63,161 bases of DNA, filler included, from 3 parts of 3 records of this genome joined end to end with filler, not necessarily neighbours in it; one strand, 5' to 3'; shown: positions 49,367-60,572, counted from the first letter of the whole stretch. Translations and numbers: made by a program. The notes: generated from the sequence alone by a model not told the origin.

Positions 49367-49768
49367 TTAACTTCTTCGCGTGCCCCACTCATCAACACCA
49401 TTGGCAACTCGCGAGATTCCATTCTTGATCAGTTCTTCGCCAAAATTGATCAGATACCCTAGCCGCTTATCCGCCAGACGAAGATAGGTTAGCAGTTGTT
49501 TCTTGTGCACTCTGTGAACCGCCTCGACGGACTTCAATTCGAGAATGACAAGATTCTTAACAACAACATCGGCACAAAATCCTTGCTCAAACGTTAGCCC
49601 GTCATATTGAATCGGAATTGATACCTGACGTTCAGCCTTGAGTCCGCGTTTACGTATTTCGTGGGCCAAAGCGACTTCATAGACAGATTCCAACAGCCCC
49701 GGACCGAGGGCTCTGTGAACCTGAAGGGCACAATCAACGACAACTTTTCCGATTTCGTTTTCGTTCAT
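49367..49768 (-). CDS. GxxExxY protein (PD-(D/E)XK nuclease family)
   Basis: VHRALGPGLLESVY, ADVVV, ILELKSV, QLLTYL and GYLINF motifs; ATG at 49768. Confidence 0.92.
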   Translation of the reverse strand: MNENEIGKVVVDCALQVHRALGPGLLESVYEVALAHEIRKRGLKAERQVSIPIQYDGLTFEQGFCADVVVKNLVILELKSVEAVHRVHKKQLLTYLRLADKRLGYLINFGEELIKNGISRVANGVDEWGTRRS

Positions 49769-49936
49769 TCTTAGTATTCTCGCGCAGCGTCTTGTTGTAT
49801 TTATTGTCCTTGAACTTCGAGTTCTGCGGGCGGCCGTCTCGGCTGAGGCGAAGTAATACTTGGATAAGGGGCTGCGAGCGCATGTGGGCTTTCGCAAGTT
49901 CGATGCGATCACTTCTGACCTTTCCTACAAACGAAC

Positions 49937-49973
49937 AACGGGCACGAAGTCAGCGCGTGCCTTCGTGCCCGTT
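49937..49973 (-). terminator. Hairpin downstream of eno
   Basis: 13-bp perfect stem AACGGGCACGAAG/CTTCGTGCCCGTT, about 50 nt after the eno stop. Confidence 0.7.
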
Positions 49974-50023
49974 TGGTAGTTTGATGCAACCGTCAGGTTG
50001 AATAGACCGCGTTGGTCCTTAGG

Positions 50024-51433
<1,410 letters not shown>

Positions 51434-51740
51434 TTAACCTAGGGTTCAGGGAGCTGCGGAGCCCGCAGTTAATATTGCGGTGGTCTGACAGGGTGGTTTC
51501 CCTGCAACACTCCGGCGGTGGCAGCCCCTCAAGAGATATTGTTGCGGAACTCGCCAAAACTTCCAGGAGGCCAATTGGTCGGCTTGTTCGAAGTGAGAAA
51601 GCCGGAAAACGTGAGGTAAAGCCGCCTAAGCTGGCCACTTTATGGTCCTCGCTCGAAAGTGCGATTGCTGTTAAGCTTCACCGGTTCTAGAGCGGGCAGA
51701 ATGGGTTCGGCAGTTGCGGCAGCGTGGGAAGGAAGAGGCG

Positions 51741-52352
51741 ATGTTTTCAGGTCTGGTTGAAGCGAAGTGCCGTATCGCGGAAATTCGTGACGAAGGAGCA
51801 GGAATTCGCTTAGTCGTTCAGCGCCCGTCGCAATTCGACGACGTCTCCTTGGGCGATAGTATTGCGTGCAGCGGATGTTGCTTGACGGTCGTTGAGATTG
51901 ACGATGCTTTGATGCATTTCCAAGCTGGCGAGGAGACGCTTTCCAAGACCGTTTTGGGGCAACTCAAGCCAGGCAGTTTTCTTAATTGCGAACGTTCGCT
52001 GGCTCTCGGAGATCGACTTGGCGGTCACCTAGTTACCGGACATGTCGACGGACTGGGCAAAGTGGTCGCAATTGAAACGAACGACGATTGGTCAAACATT
52101 ACAATTGCCGCACCAGTAGAGCTCATGCGACAGATGGCATCAAAGGGCTCGATTACGGTGCAAGGGGTCAGTCTAACGCTGGTGGACGTAACCGATGAAC
52201 AGTTTTCGGTTGCATTAATACCCCACACGCTGGCAGAAACAACTCTGGGAGAACTCGTTGTTGGCGATGTCGTCAATCTCGAGACAGACCTACTTGCCAA
52301 GTACGTTGGTAGACAGCTCGCTGGCACCCTTGCCCGAGTATCGCCAAACTAG
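51741..52352 (+). CDS. ribE: Riboflavin synthase (alpha type)
   Basis: N-terminal MFSGLVE; GDSIACSGCCLTV, GGHLVTGHVD, KGSITVQGVSLT, LIPHT and VNLETD motifs. Confidence 0.95.
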   Translation: MFSGLVEAKCRIAEIRDEGAGIRLVVQRPSQFDDVSLGDSIACSGCCLTVVEIDDALMHFQAGEETLSKTVLGQLKPGSFLNCERSLALGDRLGGHLVTGHVDGLGKVVAIETNDDWSNITIAAPVELMRQMASKGSITVQGVSLTLVDVTDEQFSVALIPHTLAETTLGELVVGDVVNLETDLLAKYVGRQLAGTLARVSPN

Positions 52353-52423
52353 GCCTCTAAATCTAACCACATATTACGATAGGGAGCGTCGGGGGCAGTC
52401 AAGAAACTCCGGCCAGCGACTGC

Positions 52424-53338
52424 ATGACAGAACGTCAAACTCTGAGCTACATACAGCAGAAATTTGCTCAGGCTCGCGTGCAACCACAAGTTAGGTTTGG
52501 GCAAAACTTCCTTGTCGACCTTAACTTGCTGAACATGATCGCTGACTCGGCCGAATTGACGTCGCGCGATGTGGTTCTGGAAGTCGGGACCGGGATGGGC
52601 TCGTTGACGTCCATCATGGCGCCCAAGTGCGGGCACGTTGTAACTGTTGAGATTGATAATCACCTTGCACCGTTAGCCGAAAGCGAACTGGACCACTTCG
52701 ACAACGTGACACTCCTCAAACAGGATGCGCTGAAGAGCAAGAATAGTCTTTCACCCGAAGTTGTTGACATTCTTACCCAGCGATGTGCTGAGATTCGCGG
52801 TGGCAGAATCAAGCTAGTGGCCAACTTACCCTACAACGTGGCCACTCCGATCATGTCCAATCTGCTCGACATTGAGCCTTATCCGGCTCGGATGGTCGCG
52901 ACGATTCAAAAGGAACTTGGGCAGCGAATTGCCGCCAAGACGAGTACCCGCGACTACAGTGCACTGTCGGTTTGGATGCAAGCACAGTGCAAAGTCGACA
53001 TCGTGCGAATTATGTCGCCGAGTGTATTTTGGCCCCGTCCGAAGGTTGACTCGGCCATCATTGATATCCAGCCACAAAAAATACTGCGGCAGCGCATTCC
53101 AGAACCTGCACGCTTTCACGACCTAGTCCGCAAGATATTCATCCATCGCCGCAAGTTTCTCAGATCAGCCTTTGCGAGCGCCGTCAAAGGTACTCTTAGT
53201 AAGGCCGAAGTGGATGAGATACTTGCTGAGCTTGGCGTGGAGGGTAGCTGTCGGGCCGAACAACTCTCGCCCGAGGACTTCATTGCGCTGGCTAAGTTGG
53301 TTTTTGCAAGACCCAGCAATGAGTCAGACGATGATTGA
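52424..53338 (+). CDS. rsmA: 16S rRNA adenine dimethyltransferase
   Basis: FGQNFL, LEVGTGMG, VEID, VANLPYNV, QKE, FWPRPKVDS and RRK motifs. Confidence 0.96.
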   Translation: MTERQTLSYIQQKFAQARVQPQVRFGQNFLVDLNLLNMIADSAELTSRDVVLEVGTGMGSLTSIMAPKCGHVVTVEIDNHLAPLAESELDHFDNVTLLKQDALKSKNSLSPEVVDILTQRCAEIRGGRIKLVANLPYNVATPIMSNLLDIEPYPARMVATIQKELGQRIAAKTSTRDYSALSVWMQAQCKVDIVRIMSPSVFWPRPKVDSAIIDIQPQKILRQRIPEPARFHDLVRKIFIHRRKFLRSAFASAVKGTLSKAEVDEILAELGVEGSCRAEQLSPEDFIALAKLVFARPSNESDDD

Positions 53339-53536
53339 GGTCCAGCAATGACTGGGGCTGGCAGTAGTAGTCGTCTTGCCGGACTGGCGGTGGCCGTGGC
53401 GAAAATCTTTCAGGATGTGGCCCAATTCGTCCGGCGTGTACGCATTAAACTGAATGCTCCTGCCAAGGCTACTGAAGAGTATCTCGCGGGACTAAAATGA
53501 CTATCCCGAGCTGAATCGAACCAGACTCTTGAAATC

Positions 53537-55258
53537 GTGCAAGGTATACGGATGCCAGATGGACCTAAAACTGCAGGCGACTCCGGAGATGTAGCTCCCG
53601 GCGACTTGCTGGGTTCTTATGTCGTCGAACGCAAGCTCGGTAGTGGCGGAATGGCGGAAGTGTATTTCGCCGTCCATCAAGAACTCAGTCGCCCAGCAGC
53701 ACTGAAGGTCCTTCGATCCTCACTGGCGACCGACAGCGTTCATTTGCAGCGATTCATGCAAGAGGCGCGAGCTGCCGCCGCGCTCAGTCATCCAAACATC
53801 GTCCAGGTCTACGACGTTGGGCGAGTGGACAACCTGCACTACATTGCCGGAGAGTATATTTCCGGCTGCAATCTGCGGGAGTACTTAAGTGGTGAGGAAC
53901 TGCCGGCCGGCGGTGATATTCGAACCGGCGGCATTCAAACCGGTAGCGAGAGTGTTGCGGAAACTATCCAGCAGACTCAACCTCATTTGCCGGCTGGAGG
54001 GACGGATCCTGGCTCCCCGGCAAATCCCACTGTTGCTGACGGTTCCTTTGGCAGCAGCGATGATCCACTGCTAGGGGATCGCAAAGATAAGCAACTCGGG
54101 ATCCGCGAAACGTTGAGTATCGCATTGCAGGTGCTTGCGGCGCTAGATAAATCGGCCAAGGCCGGAATCGTGCATCGGGACATCAAGCCAGAGAACATTA
54201 TGCTGACTCCCGAGGGGGAGGCCAAGGTTGCTGACTTTGGGTTGGCCCGCGTTCTACTGGGTGACGATCCCAATTTGACACGCGCCGGGACGACTTTGGG
54301 CACTCCGATGTACATGAGTCCTGAGCAGATCCAGGATGGTGAAGTAGACATTCGAAGTGATTTGTATTCCTTAGGAGTCACTCTGTTTCATATGCTGGCT
54401 GGCCAGCCGCCGTTCAAAGGGGATACGCCACTAGCCCTGGCAATGCAGCACGTGCAAGCTGAACCGGTACAGATTAGTGTTCTCAGAAACGATGTGCCGC
54501 CAGCGTTGGCGGACGTTGTACATCGGTTGCTGGCCAAGAGTCCCAAAGACAGATTTGCTTCGCCCGCTGAGGTGATCGCCGCCTTGCAGGATCGGCGAAG
54601 TAGCGATTTTGGGGAGTACTGGCCCGAACAAACGGTTCCGCTGCCTGGAGTGCGGCAGGAGAAGCAGGCGGGGCTCTACCGTGAAACGATGGTGCTGGCT
54701 GAAAAACTGAAAGCCAACCGCCTCAGGTCCAGTCGTCGACTACGCTGGATTGCCACCGCTGCAGTAGTTGCTGGCTTTTTTGCGTTAGGATACTGGGGCT
54801 TTTCGCAGGCTCCACTGCTTGCAAACGCTGAAACGGTCAACGTGACTCCGCGAGAGCAAGATGCTCAGGGCCAGTATGAGTCAGCCTTGTTGTCAGGAAC
54901 CGCTTCCCTGTCGCGTTTGGAAGCTGTCGTGGAGTACCACTCTGAGTCGGAAGAGGGGCAGTACTGGGTGCACTTGGCGCGGATTCAGATCGCGAAACTC
55001 TACCTTGATAGCCGGAGTGTTGAAAAGGCGAAGCGCGAGCTACGGAAAGTGCTCAGCGAAGCGTCTGACTATCCAGAGTTGGCGCTGATTGCAAACCTGC
55101 TCAGCGCTGACAGCGGCGATGATCGAGATCGCGATGGAAACCTACAGCAAGCAGCGGCTCTCTTTCCACGCGTTCCCGCTTCACTTCGCGACACCAAGAA
55201 CTTCGCTCCGTGGGTCAGTCAACAGACCTTTGACGACTGGATGAAACGCGTCAATTGA
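53537..55258 (+). CDS. Hanks-type Ser/Thr protein kinase with TM helix and helical C-terminal domain
   Basis: LGSGGMAEVY, ALK, HRDIKPEN, DFG, GTPMYMSPEQ and DLYSLG motifs. Confidence 0.93.
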   Translation: MQGIRMPDGPKTAGDSGDVAPGDLLGSYVVERKLGSGGMAEVYFAVHQELSRPAALKVLRSSLATDSVHLQRFMQEARAAAALSHPNIVQVYDVGRVDNLHYIAGEYISGCNLREYLSGEELPAGGDIRTGGIQTGSESVAETIQQTQPHLPAGGTDPGSPANPTVADGSFGSSDDPLLGDRKDKQLGIRETLSIALQVLAALDKSAKAGIVHRDIKPENIMLTPEGEAKVADFGLARVLLGDDPNLTRAGTTLGTPMYMSPEQIQDGEVDIRSDLYSLGVTLFHMLAGQPPFKGDTPLALAMQHVQAEPVQISVLRNDVPPALADVVHRLLAKSPKDRFASPAEVIAALQDRRSSDFGEYWPEQTVPLPGVRQEKQAGLYRETMVLAEKLKANRLRSSRRLRWIATAAVVAGFFALGYWGFSQAPLLANAETVNVTPREQDAQGQYESALLSGTASLSRLEAVVEYHSESEEGQYWVHLARIQIAKLYLDSRSVEKAKRELRKVLSEASDYPELALIANLLSADSGDDRDRDGNLQQAAALFPRVPASLRDTKNFAPWVSQQTFDDWMKRVN

Positions 55259-55315
55259 GCGCGTCAATAAAACGGGGCATTCAAGTCGTTGTGCCAGTTC
55301 GTTTGAGTACCCACG

Positions 55316-56329
55316 CTAGCCTTTGGGATAAGCGCCCAGTACCTCGAGTCGCAGGACTTGTTCTTTCAGGCGTGCGATGGCCTGTTTTACGTTGGCCTCT
55401 GATGTGTGCCCTTCTACTTCGACGAAGAACAAGTATTCGTTCGGTGCTCCTGGCATTGGAAAAGACTCAATCCACGTTAGGTTTAGGTGTAACGTGTTGA
55501 ACACCTCCATCGCTTGAGCCAGCGCACCAGGGCGGTGGTGGAGCTGCAGCATGAGCGCCGTCTTGTCGTTGCCGGTGGAAGAAGTTTCAGCTTCGCCGAT
55601 AACGGCAAATCGTGTCACATTCGTCTGATTGTCTTCGATGTTCTCTACCGCGACAGCCAGTCCGTTGTGAATACCGGCTTCTTTGCTGGCGATGGCTGCA
55701 ACACCTTCGTTCTCCGTGGCGGCAACTGCCGCGGCCGCCGTGCTCGAGACTTCGACTTGTTTCGCACCCGGCAGATGCGTCGCCAGCCAGCCTCGACACT
55801 GCGACAACGCCTGAGGCTTACTGTGTACTTCTTTGATCTCAGACTGTGGGCAATTGGCCAGCAGACAATGATGAATTGGGTAAAGAACTTCTGCGCAAAT
55901 TCGAACCGGTTCCCGAGCCAGCATGCCTAGCGTATCAACGACGCGTCCGTCCGTGCTGTTCTCAATTGGGACCACTCCATAATCGCACTGCTTGCGAAGC
56001 AGAGCGTCAAAGACCCCGGCGATAGTTGAAACTGGCACCATCTTGGTAGACAACCCAAAGTGATGCACCGCAGCTAGGTAGCTGTAGGAGTAGATTGGTC
56101 CAAGGTAGGTTACGCTAGGGCCCTGCCCTTTTGCTTTTCGGCAAAGGCTGTCGACGTGACGCAGTAGGTCGCGAACGTCACTTTCGGAAGCGTGACGCAG
56201 GACCCCATTCTCCTCCAAGGTTTGCAACTCTAAAGAATCTGCGATGCCTTCAGATGGCTGCCAGGAATCGATTTGCTTTGCCAACCCTTGCAGCAGATTG
56301 CGGACGTGTTCGTCAGTTTTGCTGCCCAT
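55316..56329 (-). CDS. pheA: Prephenate dehydratase (P-protein type with divergent N-terminus)
   Basis: YLGP, VVPIENS, SKPQALSQC, NVTRF motifs; ACT domain PGAL...NLTWIESFP; ends LGAYP. Confidence 0.9.
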   Translation of the reverse strand: MGSKTDEHVRNLLQGLAKQIDSWQPSEGIADSLELQTLEENGVLRHASESDVRDLLRHVDSLCRKAKGQGPSVTYLGPIYSYSYLAAVHHFGLSTKMVPVSTIAGVFDALLRKQCDYGVVPIENSTDGRVVDTLGMLAREPVRICAEVLYPIHHCLLANCPQSEIKEVHSKPQALSQCRGWLATHLPGAKQVEVSSTAAAAVAATENEGVAAIASKEAGIHNGLAVAVENIEDNQTNVTRFAVIGEAETSSTGNDKTALMLQLHHRPGALAQAMEVFNTLHLNLTWIESFPMPGAPNEYLFFVEVEGHTSEANVKQAIARLKEQVLRLEVLGAYPKG

Positions 56330-56450
56330 TCTCGATGACCCGCTGATAACGCTATGGAAGGAGTGCAGGTGCCTTCTCCGCAATGGATAAGAAGCATCTG
56401 CCAAATTGACAACCGGTTGAGGCAGCCCTTTGGTGCCTATTTTGACTCAG

Positions 56451-56528
56451 CCCACCGTCAGCAAGCAGAGTAGCAGGCACCACGCACCCACCATCAGCAA
56501 ACAAAGTAGTAGGCACACTCCGTGTGCC
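56451..56528 (+). repeat. Direct repeat plus REP-like GTAG palindrome at contig end
   Basis: 30-nt copies at 56451-56480 and 56487-56516 (26/30 identical), ending in hairpin GGCACAC-TCC-GTGTGCC. Confidence 0.7.
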
Positions 56529-56628
56529 NNNNNNNNNNNNNNNNNNNNNNNNNNNNNNNNNNNNNNNNNNNNTTAATTAATTAANNNNNNNNNNNNNNNN
56601 NNNNNNNNNNNNNNNNNNNNNNNNNNNN
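56529..56628. other. Artificial contig spacer
   Basis: 44 N + TTAATTAATTAA + 44 N. Confidence 0.99.
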
Positions 56629-56629
56629 G

Positions 56630-56803
56630 GTGCGTATCACCCAAGGCGGCACCGAGGCCGTGACCCGCGTTATCATCGACAGCGAAGACGGGCAGGGCCG
56701 CCGCTGGTCAACCGTCGGGGTCAGCGCCAACATAGTTGATGCCAGTTTCGAGGCACTTCTGGATGCGATCCGGTGGAAGCTGGTGCGCGACACAAAGGAA
56801 TAG
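56630..56803 (+). CDS. cimA: Citramalate synthase, C-terminal fragment
   Basis: VRITQGGTEAVTRVIIDSEDGQGRRWSTVGVSANIVDASFEALLDAIRWKL matches the LeuA-type regulatory domain end of CimA. Confidence 0.8.
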   Translation: MRITQGGTEAVTRVIIDSEDGQGRRWSTVGVSANIVDASFEALLDAIRWKLVRDTKE

Positions 56804-56806
56804 GTT

Positions 56807-57790
56807 TTGATTTTTAAGGTTCTTTCGTTTGCGGCCATTTCGCTCTGCATCACATTGGTGATCGCGGTGGGTTTGATCCTGTCACAACGCCCCGGCCCGT
56901 TAAAACCCGTTGAGGGCGGGCTTGATTTTGACCAAACCCTATCGGCAGAGCGCGCGGAACCAGCGGCGCTGGAGCCTGTGAAAATGCGCGATGGATTTGA
57001 CTTGCAGGTCCGTAGATATGCCGCGGCGAGGCCTGATGCGCCGCTTTTGGTGCTGGTGCATGGCTCCGGCTGGCATGGGCTTCAGTTTGACGGGTTGGCG
57101 CGGCAGTTGTCGGCGCAGGCCGATGTGCTGGCGCCCGATCTGCGTGGTCACGGACCCAAACCCGGACGGCGCGGCGATCTCGATTACATTGGCCAGTTCG
57201 AAGACGATCTTGCCGATCTGATAACAGCAGAGCGCAAGCCAGGACAAAAGGTTGTGCTGGCCGGGCATTCGTCGGGGGGCGGTCTGGTGGTGCGGTTCGC
57301 GGGTGGTGCGCATTCCGCGCTGCTGGATGCTGCGGTGTTGATGGCGCCGTTTCTCAAACATAACGCGCCCACCACGCGCCCCAATTCCGGCGGCTGGGCA
57401 GAGCCGCTTGTGCGCCGGATCATCGGGCTTTCGATGCTCAACACACTCCGCATTACGGCCCTCAACCATCTGACAATCATGCAGTTTCAGATGCCCGCTG
57501 CGGTGCTGGACGGGCCGCTGGGCGATACGGCCACAACCGCCTATTCTTTCCGGCTCAACACCTCCTTTGCCCCGCGCAGCGACTATCTTAAGGACGCTGC
57601 AGCACTGCCGCCTTTTTTGTTGATTGCAGGATCGGCGGATGAAGCGTTTTTTGCAGACAAGTATGAGCCGACACTGGCCGAAGCCACCCAAAAGGGCCGG
57701 TACGAGATTGTTCCGGGCGTGGGGCATCTGGACATCGTGAGCGCCCCGCAAACCGCCACGGCCATAAAGGAATTTCTCAATGACATCTGA
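56807..57790 (+). CDS. Alpha/beta hydrolase with N-terminal anchor
   Basis: HGSG, DLRGHG, GHSSGG nucleophile elbow, Asp and His positions. Confidence 0.9.
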   Translation: MIFKVLSFAAISLCITLVIAVGLILSQRPGPLKPVEGGLDFDQTLSAERAEPAALEPVKMRDGFDLQVRRYAAARPDAPLLVLVHGSGWHGLQFDGLARQLSAQADVLAPDLRGHGPKPGRRGDLDYIGQFEDDLADLITAERKPGQKVVLAGHSSGGGLVVRFAGGAHSALLDAAVLMAPFLKHNAPTTRPNSGGWAEPLVRRIIGLSMLNTLRITALNHLTIMQFQMPAAVLDGPLGDTATTAYSFRLNTSFAPRSDYLKDAAALPPFLLIAGSADEAFFADKYEPTLAEATQKGRYEIVPGVGHLDIVSAPQTATAIKEFLNDI

Positions 57791-58502
57791 CCCGATGAAA
57801 GCCTTTTTTGAGCTGCACCGCGATCTGCCCCGAGAGGGGCCGGGCGAGGCGGCGGATGTGGCTTGGGCCGCAGGCATTGCGGATTTGCCTGCCAATGCCG
57901 AGATCGCTGATGTGGCCTGCGGGCCGGGCGGCGATATTGCCAGCCTGCTGGAAGCAGCGCCCAAGGGCCATGTGACCGCGCTGGACAAGACCGCCCATTT
58001 TGTCGAAGCCGCCCGCGATGTCTGGCAAAGTGACAGCCGCGTGACCGTGCTCAAGGCCGATATGGCGCGGATCATGAACAGCTATGACATGATCTGGTGC
58101 GCTGGCGCGGTGTATTTTCTGGGCGTGACCGAGGCGTTGACGGCGTGGCGCAAATCGCTCCGTCCGGGCGGGGTTGTCGCCTTTACAGAGCCATGTTGGT
58201 TCTCCGATGACCGCTCAGAACGGGCACAAAAGATGTGGGCGGACTATCCGCCGATGACGGATGCCAATGGTATCGCGGCGCGGGTTGAGGCCGCAGGTTT
58301 TGAAACGCTGGCCACGCGTAAACTGTCTGATGCGGCATGGGAGGGGTATTTTGCCCCTATCGACAAACGGATTACACTTTTGCGTCCGGGGGCTGATGCG
58401 GCTTTGACTGCGGTGCTGGATGAGGCCGAGGAAGAAGCCGCGACGTGGCGGGCACACCGTGATGAATGCGGTTATCTGCTGAGTGTTGTGCGCTTCAAAT
58501 GA
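57780..58502 (+). CDS. Class I SAM-dependent methyltransferase
   Basis: DVACGPG, YDMIW and LRPGG motifs. Confidence 0.9.
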   Translation: MTSDPMKAFFELHRDLPREGPGEAADVAWAAGIADLPANAEIADVACGPGGDIASLLEAAPKGHVTALDKTAHFVEAARDVWQSDSRVTVLKADMARIMNSYDMIWCAGAVYFLGVTEALTAWRKSLRPGGVVAFTEPCWFSDDRSERAQKMWADYPPMTDANGIAARVEAAGFETLATRKLSDAAWEGYFAPIDKRITLLRPGADAALTAVLDEAEEEAATWRAHRDECGYLLSVVRFK

Positions 58503-59275
58503 GCTTTGACGCGGATCTGAACGCCTGCGCGGCATTGGTGGAGCGGGGCGATCCGCTGCGGTTTCGTGCGGTGATGGCGGCGCCGGTTGCGGCCCGCCGT
58601 GTTCTGTTCCCGCTTTATGCCTTTAACGTCGAAGTGGCGCGCGCGCCCTGGGTCACGCAGGAACCGATGATTGCAGAAATGCGCCTGCAATGGTGGCGCG
58701 ATGTTTGCGAAGAGATCGCCAAGGGCGGCCCGGTGCGCCGGCATGAGGTTGCCACGCCGCTGGCTGAAAACATCACCGCAGATGATGCTCACCTTTTGGA
58801 TGAACTTGTCGCGGCAAGGCGTTGGGACATCTACAAAGATCCGTTTGAGGATGCAGCGCATTTTGCCGACTACCTCAACAAGACTTCAGGCCATCTCACT
58901 TGGGTTGCGGCGCGGTCATTGGGGGCGGCGGATGAAACTGTGGTGCGCGATGCGGCGTTTGCCGCGGGGGTTGCAACATGGCTGCGAGCCATCCCCGAGC
59001 TTGAGGCGAAGGGGCGCATTCCCTTGCTGGATGGCACGGCAGATGGGGTAAAAACCTTGGCCGCAGATGCGTTTGCGCGGCTGCAAAAGGCCCGCAAATC
59101 CCGTGCATCGGTTTCAAGAGCGGCCCGCGCGGCGCTGCTGCATATCGGGCAGGCAGAAAGCACGTTGAAGGCTGCACTGGCAGATCCTGCGCGGGTCGCG
59201 GACGGGCGTTTGCCTGACGTTGCTACGCAAGATCAGCTGCGGCTTGCTGTTCGCAGCCTGACCGGGCGTTGGTAG
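58499..59275 (+). CDS. Squalene/phytoene synthase-fold protein (NDUFAF6-like)
   Basis: LYAFNVEVAR and EPMIAEMRLQWW motifs; no DxxxD motifs; ATGA overlap. Confidence 0.85.
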   Translation: MSFDADLNACAALVERGDPLRFRAVMAAPVAARRVLFPLYAFNVEVARAPWVTQEPMIAEMRLQWWRDVCEEIAKGGPVRRHEVATPLAENITADDAHLLDELVAARRWDIYKDPFEDAAHFADYLNKTSGHLTWVAARSLGAADETVVRDAAFAAGVATWLRAIPELEAKGRIPLLDGTADGVKTLAADAFARLQKARKSRASVSRAARAALLHIGQAESTLKAALADPARVADGRLPDVATQDQLRLAVRSLTGRW

Positions 59276-59282
59276 CCGCAGA

Positions 59283-60482
59283 TCAGGCGTCTTTGCCGCG
59301 CATCACCAGCCAGATCAACGACCCGCCAGCCAGCGCCAGAAACGGCACCATCGCCATGTTGACCGCTGTCCAACCTTCAACCGCCGACCCGCCAGAGCAA
59401 TTCATCAGCCCTCCAGAGGCCAGCGATGCCACGGTCACGCCGCCAAACACCAGCAGATCGTTCAACCCCTGCATCCGGCCCCGCTCATGCGGTTCATGTG
59501 CGCCAGTGAGCATGGTCGTCGCCCCGATAAAGCCAAAGTTCCAGCCGAGCCCAAGCAGGATCAAAGCGACAAAGAAGTTTTCAAGATCAACGCCTTGCAA
59601 GCCAACGATGCCCGCCGCGGCCAAAATCGCGATGCCCAGCCCCATGATCTTTTCCACGCCAAAGCGGTTGATCAGATGGCCGGTGAAAAAAGACGGCGCA
59701 AACATCGCCAGAACATGGCCCGTGACAACATAGCCAGCGGTCTTTTCGGTGTATCCGCACCCAACCACCGCCAAGGGGGTGGAGGTCATCACCAGATTCA
59801 TCAAAGCGTAGGAAACCATCGCACAGATCACCGCAACCGCGATGCGCGGGGTGGTCAGCAGCTCCCACCGGGTGCGCCCGCGCGGGGCGTCGGCGCTGAC
59901 AGGTTCGGGCTTGGGAATGTCGAGGAACAAAAACAGCAGCGATCCAATCACATTGACCGAGACAACTGCAAAATAGGTGCCCAGAAACGGCACAACAAAG
60001 GCTGTGGAGGTGGCCGTGGCGAGCTGCGGCCCGATCACCGCAGAGATCAGGCCACCGGCCATCACATAGGAAATCGCCTTGGGCCGGAAATCATCAGAGG
60101 CCGTGTCGGTCGCGGCAAAGCGGTAAAAGCCCTGGGCAGACATATAAATGCCCGAGATGAACGAGCCGACGAGGAACAATGTGAAAGACGCGGTATAAAG
60201 CCCGTAGGCCGATACAACTGCGCCCATTCCGCCGCCAAAGGTGCCTAGGAAAAATCCGGCCCGCCGGCCAAAGCGCTGCATGATCGCCGACACCGGCGTC
60301 GCCGACAGCATCGAGCCAAGGACAATCATCGAAATGGGCAGGGTGGCGAAACACACGTTGCTGGCCAGCATTTGCCCCGCCAGCCCCGCCACAACAAACA
60401 TCATTGGCATCTGGCTGCCCAGAATGGCTTGCGCCCCGACCAATACCGCCACATTGCGTTTGGCGCGTCTATCATCAATCAT
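59283..60482 (-). CDS. MFS transporter
   Basis: About 12 TM helices; RFGRR, YRFAA and GLGWNF motifs. Confidence 0.92.
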   Translation of the reverse strand: MIDDRRAKRNVAVLVGAQAILGSQMPMMFVVAGLAGQMLASNVCFATLPISMIVLGSMLSATPVSAIMQRFGRRAGFFLGTFGGGMGAVVSAYGLYTASFTLFLVGSFISGIYMSAQGFYRFAATDTASDDFRPKAISYVMAGGLISAVIGPQLATATSTAFVVPFLGTYFAVVSVNVIGSLLFLFLDIPKPEPVSADAPRGRTRWELLTTPRIAVAVICAMVSYALMNLVMTSTPLAVVGCGYTEKTAGYVVTGHVLAMFAPSFFTGHLINRFGVEKIMGLGIAILAAAGIVGLQGVDLENFFVALILLGLGWNFGFIGATTMLTGAHEPHERGRMQGLNDLLVFGGVTVASLASGGLMNCSGGSAVEGWTAVNMAMVPFLALAGGSLIWLVMRGKDA

Positions 60483-60572
60483 CGTAAATCCACTTCTGCG
60501 CCAAGGCCTAGCGCCGCGATTGGGCAGGAGCAACCCCTTGCACACGCCGGTCAGGGGCCTAATGTCGCGCCC

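Noticed and set aside
51489-51530. FMN-riboswitch-like words (CAGGGTG..TTCCC...CCGGCGGT...AGCCC) upstream of riboflavin synthase
   Set aside because: The spacing is wrong and the 3' half of the RFN element is not visible; an Infernal scan with the FMN riboswitch model would settle it.
56451-56516. Possible CRISPR array remnant
   Set aside because: Only two copies separated by 6 nt, no spacer-length unique sequence and no cas genes.
56939-58075. 378-aa minus-strand ORF
   Set aside because: Shadow ORF in GC-rich DNA, opposite two well-supported genes.
58499-59275. Carotenoid or hopanoid biosynthesis gene
   Set aside because: No DxxxD catalytic motifs and no crt/hpn neighbours; fits the non-catalytic NDUFAF6-like group.
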